Below, in pieces: positions 7,708 to 13,250 of a stretch of DNA of 13,250 nucleotides. The notes under the pieces were generated by a model. That model worked only from the letters and a program-made list of their open reading frames with translations, did not search any database and had not been told where the DNA came from. The position numbers and the translations under genes were made by a program. This DNA is from Candidatus Omnitrophota bacterium (GTDB lineage Bacteria > Omnitrophota > Omnitrophia > Omnitrophales > Aquincolibacteriaceae), in NCBI GenBank assembly GCA_043803685.1, contig JAZDJU010000045.1:1-13250 (forward strand), given 5' to 3'. Positions within the stretch are counted from its first letter, which is position 1. Every line of letters begins with the position of its first letter.

Positions 7708-7739
7708 ATTCAAATGTCACAATTTTGTGACATTTAAAT
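7708..7739. promoter_or_regulatory. Palindromic operator-like site
   Basis: Perfect 11-bp arms aaatgtcacaa-tt-ttgtgacattt (7712-7735), extending to 15 bp with one mismatch; AT-rich intergenic position with no U-tail. Confidence 0.65.
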
Positions 7740-7775
7740 ATATCAAAAATGCACACGAATCTCAAGCACTATTGT

Positions 7776-7976
7776 TTACTTCTCGGAGGAACTATCTAGA
7801 TAGCGGCTATTGAGGTATTTCTTGACCGACCGCGCCGTGACATACCATCGTGAGCCATATTTAAACGGAGCAATCCGTTTTCTTCCGATGGCCTTACGTA
7901 GAGCGCTCCATGACAATCCGAACTTCTCGGCAGCGTCCTTGGGAGCAAGCGCATCTTTGGGAATTGTTTCAGCCAT
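7776..7976 (-). CDS. Excisionase-like HTH (HTH_17/MerR-like) protein
   Basis: 66 aa, basic; LAPKDAAEKFGLSWSALRKAI...PFKYGSRWYVTARSVKKYL; AGGAG RBS. Confidence 0.8.
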   Translation of the reverse strand: MAETIPKDALAPKDAAEKFGLSWSALRKAIGRKRIAPFKYGSRWYVTARSVKKYLNSRYLDSSSEK

Positions 7977-8274
7977 TATTACATTCTCCTGCTATGTTCA
8001 GGCCGTATTTTACCCAGAGAATTTGATTTTGGCCATCTCTGATTCAATCTCTTTCAGAAAAAATACTCCGCGATATCTCCTTCATGTCCCGCAAATTGTG
8101 AAAGAACATTATTAACAGCAATTTAAAATTCAATTTTAAAGCATCCTCAAGAGATCCATTTCGAACCGGTCACGCCATCCAGTCCTTCAAAACATAATTC
8201 AATGACGCCTCAGAAAAATTTAAGAATCGAACACCATGCGCCATGCCCCCTCTTCTCCAAGACTGAGACGGCTT

Positions 8275-9306
8275 TCAAAAAGCCTTGATAGTCCTAAATT
8301 TTTCCGCGATCTGCTTTTCGCTTGGAAGTTTTACGCGATATTGCGCGATAAAAATTTTCTTTTCGAGCCCGCCCAAAGCATAAACGGCTTCTTCATATCC
8401 GATGTCTTCGCAAAGAATCAAACCGATAGTGGGGTTATCATTCTGGGTTTCTTCATTGTGACGGTAATACTCGATATATTTATTCATCTGTCCAATGTAC
8501 TCCCCCTTGAAGACCCCTCGCTTCAAATCGGCAAGGATATAGGCATGCAATTTCGAATGATAAAAAACCAGGTCTATCCGATCCCAATTTCCATCGATAA
8601 GAATCCGGACTTGTCTTCCGGCAAGACAAAAATGACTGCCCAATTCAGTCAAAACCCGAATCGTCTTTTCCAGCATTGCATTTTCAAGGTCATATTCTTT
8701 AAAAGGCGTCGGAAGCTTGAGGAAATCAAAATCATAAACTTCCCGGAAAACCTCTTGGGGATTTTCAAGGGCCGGAGGGCTGGCGACTTCTAGGCTCCTC
8801 TTTCGAGATCTTTTTTGGAACTGCTTGCTTTTACAAGCATCGATAAAATGCCTAAAAGTCCAGTTTTCTTCGCTGGATTTAAGCCGATAAAACTCACGTT
8901 CTTCGGTGTCTGCTATATAAATCAACCTGCGCCAGATTGACCAAGTCAATTTTCCGCACACTGTGCGGAAATTCGGATATTCCTTAAAAAAATGGTGCGC
9001 GTCATAAAGGGTGGATTTATCAATCCCCGTATCCAGAGAAAGTCTCATGATTACAGCCTTACCGTAATCGGCCCGGCTCTTATTCTCCAATTCCCCTCTG
9101 GTAATTCTCTGGCCGACCTCCCAATAGGCCTCGACTTTGAGCTTATCAATCGCCTGGTATGCTCTGCTTCTTGTCTTTAGAAGAATTTCCTGAACGTCCC
9201 GAAGAATTTCCCGATAACCTTTTACCGCCTCTAATGGATCGGGCTGTTTTAATTTCATCACATTAGATTTTATAGACTTCAGGCTCTTCGCTTCTTCGTT
9301 TTTCAT
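8275..9306 (-). CDS. YhcG/DUF1016 family PD-(D/E)XK nuclease-domain protein
   Basis: YWEVGQRI, RADYG, LTWS, YDFDFL, ELGSHFCLAGRQ, IDLVFYH...ADLK, GQMNKY, DNPTIGLILC. Confidence 0.92.
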   Translation of the reverse strand: MKNEEAKSLKSIKSNVMKLKQPDPLEAVKGYREILRDVQEILLKTRSRAYQAIDKLKVEAYWEVGQRITRGELENKSRADYGKAVIMRLSLDTGIDKSTLYDAHHFFKEYPNFRTVCGKLTWSIWRRLIYIADTEEREFYRLKSSEENWTFRHFIDACKSKQFQKRSRKRSLEVASPPALENPQEVFREVYDFDFLKLPTPFKEYDLENAMLEKTIRVLTELGSHFCLAGRQVRILIDGNWDRIDLVFYHSKLHAYILADLKRGVFKGEYIGQMNKYIEYYRHNEETQNDNPTIGLILCEDIGYEEAVYALGGLEKKIFIAQYRVKLPSEKQIAEKFRTIKAF

Positions 9307-10089
9307 TTATCTCGTCATCTCCATTCGAGGAAAAACACACGTCTTTTTTCTCTCAACATATTTCCGTGCCGCGTCATACGACGCCTTGCTTCCGATATCG
9401 AACCACGCGACGCCAAAATCGACCCCATAGAGGCTCTCTTTACCCACGAGCCACGCAATGAAATCTCCGATCTTGTCGGGATCGCGCTTCTCGATCTCAA
9501 GATATTCATAAACACGTAGCCGGTAACTTCTTGGAAGAAAATACGCGCCGGTACTAACTTGAGTAGATCCCGGGTTCGCAGGCTTTTCTTCGAATTTTGT
9601 GATCTTGTGATGCTCATCCATCTCTACCACGCCATACTCCCTGGCGAGGGATTTGTCCTTAACGTCATAAACTCCGACAAACGCCGATTCGCGGTGCCCC
9701 AATGCCGGAAGAAGCATGAACCCGAGCGGAAAGTCGAAATAGTTGTCCCCGCAAAAGACAAGAAAATCGGCACTGCCGCAATACCCCGACCGCAGCGCGA
9801 GAAAAAGATCCCGCACAGCTCCACGACTTTTCTCATGCTCGCACACCCTGTTTGAAAGAATATGAATGGGTTTTACGTACACGGCGGTCTTTTGCCAATC
9901 AAGAAACTGGCGGTAGAACCGGCCGTTTGAGACCAGGATCACTTCATCAATCACCGAAAGCATTTCCAGCTTCAGCATCAGATGATCCAGAATGGTTTTC
10001 TTTCCGATCTTCAAAAGCGCTTTCGGCAGATCCACGGTCAGAGGATAAAGCCGGGTTCCGAACCCGGCCGCTAAGATAATGGCTTTCAT
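9307..10089 (-). CDS. Sugar-phosphate nucleotidyltransferase (NTP_transferase family)
   Basis: MKAIILAAGFGTRLYPLT..LPKALL, GDN, YGVV, FEEKP, WFDIG. Substrate cannot be determined. Confidence 0.9.
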   Translation of the reverse strand: MKAIILAAGFGTRLYPLTVDLPKALLKIGKKTILDHLMLKLEMLSVIDEVILVSNGRFYRQFLDWQKTAVYVKPIHILSNRVCEHEKSRGAVRDLFLALRSGYCGSADFLVFCGDNYFDFPLGFMLLPALGHRESAFVGVYDVKDKSLAREYGVVEMDEHHKITKFEEKPANPGSTQVSTGAYFLPRSYRLRVYEYLEIEKRDPDKIGDFIAWLVGKESLYGVDFGVAWFDIGSKASYDAARKYVERKKTCVFPRMEMTR

Positions 10090-10109
10090 GTGGTTACATC
10101 CTTTCTTGA

Positions 10110-11057
10110 TTAAATGATCTTTTCGGAAGAGTTCGTATCGATCCTGACGGACGCCAGCATCCCGTACCGGACATCGGGGGGAAGGTTCGAGAGTCTGATC
10201 TCGCAGGAGATCACATGGCGCACTTTAAAAACTTTTTCTATCTGCTCGGTCATCCTCGGCGCAACACGCACCACTTCCCCTGTAATCTGTTGCCCGGGAT
10301 AGGCATAAAAAGAAACTCGCGCCTTATTACCGATCCTGATCTCTTTCACATCTTTTTCCGGCACCAACAGCTCGAGAAAATAACTTCCGGGATCCGCCAT
10401 CTCGAACACAAGATCCCCTTCCCTGAAGAACCCCCCAAGACGGTCTCTGGGATCACCCAAAAGAACCCCGTCAAAAGGCGCTTTCAGTATCAGCGTTTCG
10501 ATCCGCTCCTTCAGAAAGAGCACCTCTCCTTCGAGAGACTTTATCTCCTGCTCCTTCCCCGCAAACTTTTCCCGGGCATCCAGAAGCTCAAAATCCGCTT
10601 TTTCGAAGGCTTCGCGGCCCACGGCCCCGTTCTCATAAAGAATGCTCGTTCGCTCTTTTTCTTTTCGCAGGAGTTCCACGCGACTTTGGAAGCGGACCTT
10701 GTCGTGACTCGCGATCTCAAGAAACTGTTTCTTCTCCTCCAGGTTCCTTGCAATCTCCGGATTTTCAAAGCGGGCAATAATCGCGCCGATTTTGACCAAA
10801 ACACCCTTTTCGAAAAACAGTTCTTTTAAAATTCCCGGGCATACGGCTTCGACTTTCACGAATTTCGCGGCCTGCAAGACCGCCTCCCCACGGATCTCCC
10901 CTTTTGGCCAGAAAAAGAAAACACACGCGCATAACCCGGCTCCCAAGACAAGCCGCCACCATCCCGCATTTTTCTTTTCCGGCTGCTCTTCAAAGAGCAT
11001 CGGTTCTTCGGTGGGCGCAATTCCTTGTGTTTTTCCCGGGGTCTTCGCGTCGTTCAT
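10110..11057 (-). CDS. HlyD/RND periplasmic adaptor (membrane fusion protein)
   Basis: Single N-terminal TM, lipoyl half-motifs (GILKELFFEKGVLVKIG; ILKAPFDGVL), coiled-coil hairpin, C-terminal VRYGMLASVRI. Start ATG 11057 preferred; GTG 11096 possible. Confidence 0.88.
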   Translation of the reverse strand: MNDAKTPGKTQGIAPTEEPMLFEEQPEKKNAGWWRLVLGAGLCACVFFFWPKGEIRGEAVLQAAKFVKVEAVCPGILKELFFEKGVLVKIGAIIARFENPEIARNLEEKKQFLEIASHDKVRFQSRVELLRKEKERTSILYENGAVGREAFEKADFELLDAREKFAGKEQEIKSLEGEVLFLKERIETLILKAPFDGVLLGDPRDRLGGFFREGDLVFEMADPGSYFLELLVPEKDVKEIRIGNKARVSFYAYPGQQITGEVVRVAPRMTEQIEKVFKVRHVISCEIRLSNLPPDVRYGMLASVRIDTNSSEKII

Positions 11058-11077
11058 GTTCTTTACCTTTCTTTGGA

Positions 11078-12667
11078 TTAGATCCATTGCCTCCACCTTT
11101 CAGGAATGGTTTTTGAGGTGAGATAAACCGTAAGGATTGAAAGACTGAGACTTGCGAGAAACGGGACTGTCTGCCACACGAAATACGGGGTCTTGAAACT
11201 ACAAAAATAAAATCCGTAAAAACCGAGCGCCGTACCCAACCAGAGATTCCGCGCAACGCTTCCGATGCTGATCTTCATGAACGGATCTTTTTTCATGGGG
11301 TTCCATTGAAGTTTCCGGACCGGGATCGTGATCATGTCAAGAGGAGCGTAGACGAAATTATTCAGCGTGATCAGCATGGAAAAAACGGCTTCATAGAAGA
11401 ACGACTTCAAGTCGCGCCAGGTCTTCAGGACCGCCACCTTATGAAATACGACCACGAAAAAGCTGAAGAAAAACACCCCCAAGAGAATTCTGTTGGTGCA
11501 AAACCCGAACCAGATGGAATCGATCTCAAAATGGATGAGTTCCCCGAACGGTTCCGAATGTGCCAGGACTCCTAGAATCACCCACAAGAAGAACACGAGA
11601 TCCGCCCAATAAACGTAAAGGCCATAAAAGGCAAGAAACCGGGACGCAAGGCTTATCCCTGGCCTTAGCACAAGAGGAGTGCCTTGCAGCGTCCCCTGCG
11701 ACCAGCGCCGGGAGCGGGCCCTTGCTTCCAGATAATTCGTGGGCGCCTCGTCAAAGGCACGCACATCCGGACAAAACGCGACGCGATACCCCATCTGATC
11801 CAGAAGAACCGTATCCCAGTTATCGTGCGAAAGGAGCCCCTTGGGAAGCCGGATTCTTTTTAGGAGCGCAGCGCGGGCAAGATGATGATGCCCGAAAGAT
11901 ATCGTTCTTCCGAAGAGCGATTGAAACGCCGTGAAACTAAATCGCTGGGAGAGTTCTGCTCCGATCTTCTCAAGACGCGCGTACCAGGTCGCGGCATGCG
12001 CGATTTTGACAAAGGCCTGGAAGATGGCGATATCCCGGTTTTCCGGATGAAGAGCCTTCTTCAGAAGCTTTAGAAGTGTTCCCTTCGGAACCATACCGTC
12101 CGCATCGCATATATATAGAAGGGGGTATTCAGGATGCGCATGCAAAAACTCGGCAATATTGCCCTGTTTTCGCTCCGTAGGCTCTTTCCTTCGTCTATAA
12201 AAAATACGGCCCGGATGCTGTTTTTGGAGCTTTTCAACAACCTCCCGCTCATACCGCTCGAACCCTTCTCCGGAATCGGAAAGAATCCATAGATCAACAT
12301 TCGGTAGCTTGTTTCCCGAAAAGGAATACCCGACCCTTTCAAAAAGCCCGTGCGTTTCATTTCGAACAGGATAGACCAGCGCCACCTTCGGGAAATGTTC
12401 AACGTATGCTTCCTTCAAGACCGGCTGTTTTCGGATAAGGAGATGGCAAAGACACAGGATGAATTGATACGCGACATTGAAAAAGAGAAATCCGAACCCG
12501 GCCACCCAAAGTAAACTCACAAGCTGCGTCTCTCGCGTAATCACCAAGGTCGATAAAACAAGCCGAACCGCCACAACCGTGATGAGCACGCAGCCTCCGA
12601 GAAAGAGGATCGTTCTTGCCCGGGGAGTTAACACCCCTTTCATGCAGGGTTTGAGGGAACAGTTCAT
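11078..12667 (-). CDS. OpgH/MdoH-like GT2 membrane glucosyltransferase
   Basis: Two N-terminal TMs, PVRNE, ILSDS, YRRR...RKQGNI, DAD, FGH, LLSHD, EAP, RRWSQG, then several C-terminal TMs. 4-bp overlap with the TolC-like gene. Confidence 0.88.
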   Translation of the reverse strand: MNCSLKPCMKGVLTPRARTILFLGGCVLITVVAVRLVLSTLVITRETQLVSLLWVAGFGFLFFNVAYQFILCLCHLLIRKQPVLKEAYVEHFPKVALVYPVRNETHGLFERVGYSFSGNKLPNVDLWILSDSGEGFERYEREVVEKLQKQHPGRIFYRRRKEPTERKQGNIAEFLHAHPEYPLLYICDADGMVPKGTLLKLLKKALHPENRDIAIFQAFVKIAHAATWYARLEKIGAELSQRFSFTAFQSLFGRTISFGHHHLARAALLKRIRLPKGLLSHDNWDTVLLDQMGYRVAFCPDVRAFDEAPTNYLEARARSRRWSQGTLQGTPLVLRPGISLASRFLAFYGLYVYWADLVFFLWVILGVLAHSEPFGELIHFEIDSIWFGFCTNRILLGVFFFSFFVVVFHKVAVLKTWRDLKSFFYEAVFSMLITLNNFVYAPLDMITIPVRKLQWNPMKKDPFMKISIGSVARNLWLGTALGFYGFYFCSFKTPYFVWQTVPFLASLSLSILTVYLTSKTIPERWRQWI

Positions 12668-13250
12668 TCGGTTTCCTCTCCAACAGTCCCTTGAAACTCA
12701 GTTTCTATACCGCCAAAGGCGATCTTCCGTCCAAGCTTCGCGAAAAGGATCCGGCATTCCGTGACCGCTTCGAGATGTTGGGTGCGAGCCTCCTCCAACG
12801 CCACGAAAGAATCCATAAGCTCGGAGGCACCGCGTTCCCCCACCACGCTTTTTGCCTTCCCGTTTTTGAAAAGCTCCTCGCGTTCCCGCACCAGCGTTTC
12901 CGCGAGACGGACTTTTTCACGCGTAGCTCTGATCTCGTGAAAATGCTTGCGGATCTCATTTTCATGGTCCCGGACTTCAATAACTCCTTCCCATTTCTTT
13001 TCCTCGATCTCATGCTCCTTCGCATGGATCTGCGCCCCAAGCCTCCCAAAATCCCAGATGTTCCATTTCCCGGAAACACCCGCCATCACTCGATCGGTAT
13101 GGACGTAAACATCCCGGTCAAGATCCCACTTGGCGGCAAGATTCACCGTGGGCCACCTCTCTGAACGGAGCATTTTCTTTTCGAATTCCTTCTCCTGGAT
13201 CTGAAGACCCGTAAGCTTATAAAGGGGATCGTTCTTACGGCTCATTTCTA
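12664..13250 (-). CDS. TolC family outer-membrane efflux protein, C-terminal part (frame open at the window edge)
   Basis: ERWPTVNL beta strand, GVSGKWNIWDFG, long helices, G.....ELMD...LEEAR typical of the second OEP repeat. Confidence 0.82.
   Translation of the reverse strand, partial: EMSRKNDPLYKLTGLQIQEKEFEKKMLRSERWPTVNLAAKWDLDRDVYVHTDRVMAGVSGKWNIWDFGRLGAQIHAKEHEIEEKKWEGVIEVRDHENEIRKHFHEIRATREKVRLAETLVREREELFKNGKAKSVVGERGASELMDSFVALEEARTQHLEAVTECRILFAKLGRKIAFGGIETEFQGTVGEETE

Larger units (their letters stand above)
5021..8230. mobile_element. Left end of a tRNA-Pro-integrated genomic island; right boundary not determined and may lie outside the window
   Basis: tRNA fragment, tyrosine recombinase and excisionase-like gene together; visibly more AT-rich than 1-4500. 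Confidence 0.75.

Noticed and set aside
8222..8250. Minus-strand GGGGGCATGGCGCATGGTGTTCGATTC as a tRNA 5' half or the other att end
   Set aside because: Does not match the required CGGGGTG acceptor strand and GTTCGATTC has no T-stem; better explained by a short ccatgc repeat.
8248..8273. Degenerate REP-like hairpin (translates as PSSPRLRR) after the DUF1016 stop
   Set aside because: Resembles a repeat family I recall, but pairing is poor and it is single-copy here.
8236..8793. 185-aa plus-strand ORF
   Set aside because: Antisense shadow of the DUF1016 gene.
10215..10829. 204-aa plus-strand ORF and the other short overlapping ORFs in the track
   Set aside because: Antisense or out-of-frame overlaps with well-supported genes, with no motifs.
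12711..12721. cgccaaaggcg mini-palindrome similar to the 4751-4769 hairpin
   Set aside because: Only 4-bp arms within coding sequence; expected by chance.

Overview
All supported genes lie on the minus strand, in three zones. (1) 1-4502 looks like host core genome: a partial lipoprotein, lpdA, prmA, a degenerate polysaccharide deacetylase-like protein, Maf and a small secreted TIGR04073-like protein. (2) 4620-8230 is an integration hotspot. A hairpin-dense non-coding tract carries two copies of a tRNA-Pro 3' end 170 bp apart. It is followed by an AT-richer module of a 671-aa tyrosine recombinase with C-terminal excisionase-like HTH repeats, a winged-HTH protein and a stand-alone excisionase-like HTH. 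(3) 8275-13250 is an apparent operon: TolC-like (partial), OpgH/MdoH-like GT2 glucosyltransferase, HlyD-like adaptor, sugar-phosphate nucleotidyltransferase, YhcG/DUF1016 nuclease. Best leads are the GT2-HlyD-TolC unit (possible glucan synthesis and export machine), the Int-Xis-like fusion, and a 170-bp structured insert at the tRNA 3' end containing antisense copies of its own target. All family calls are from motif recognition by eye; no searches were run.
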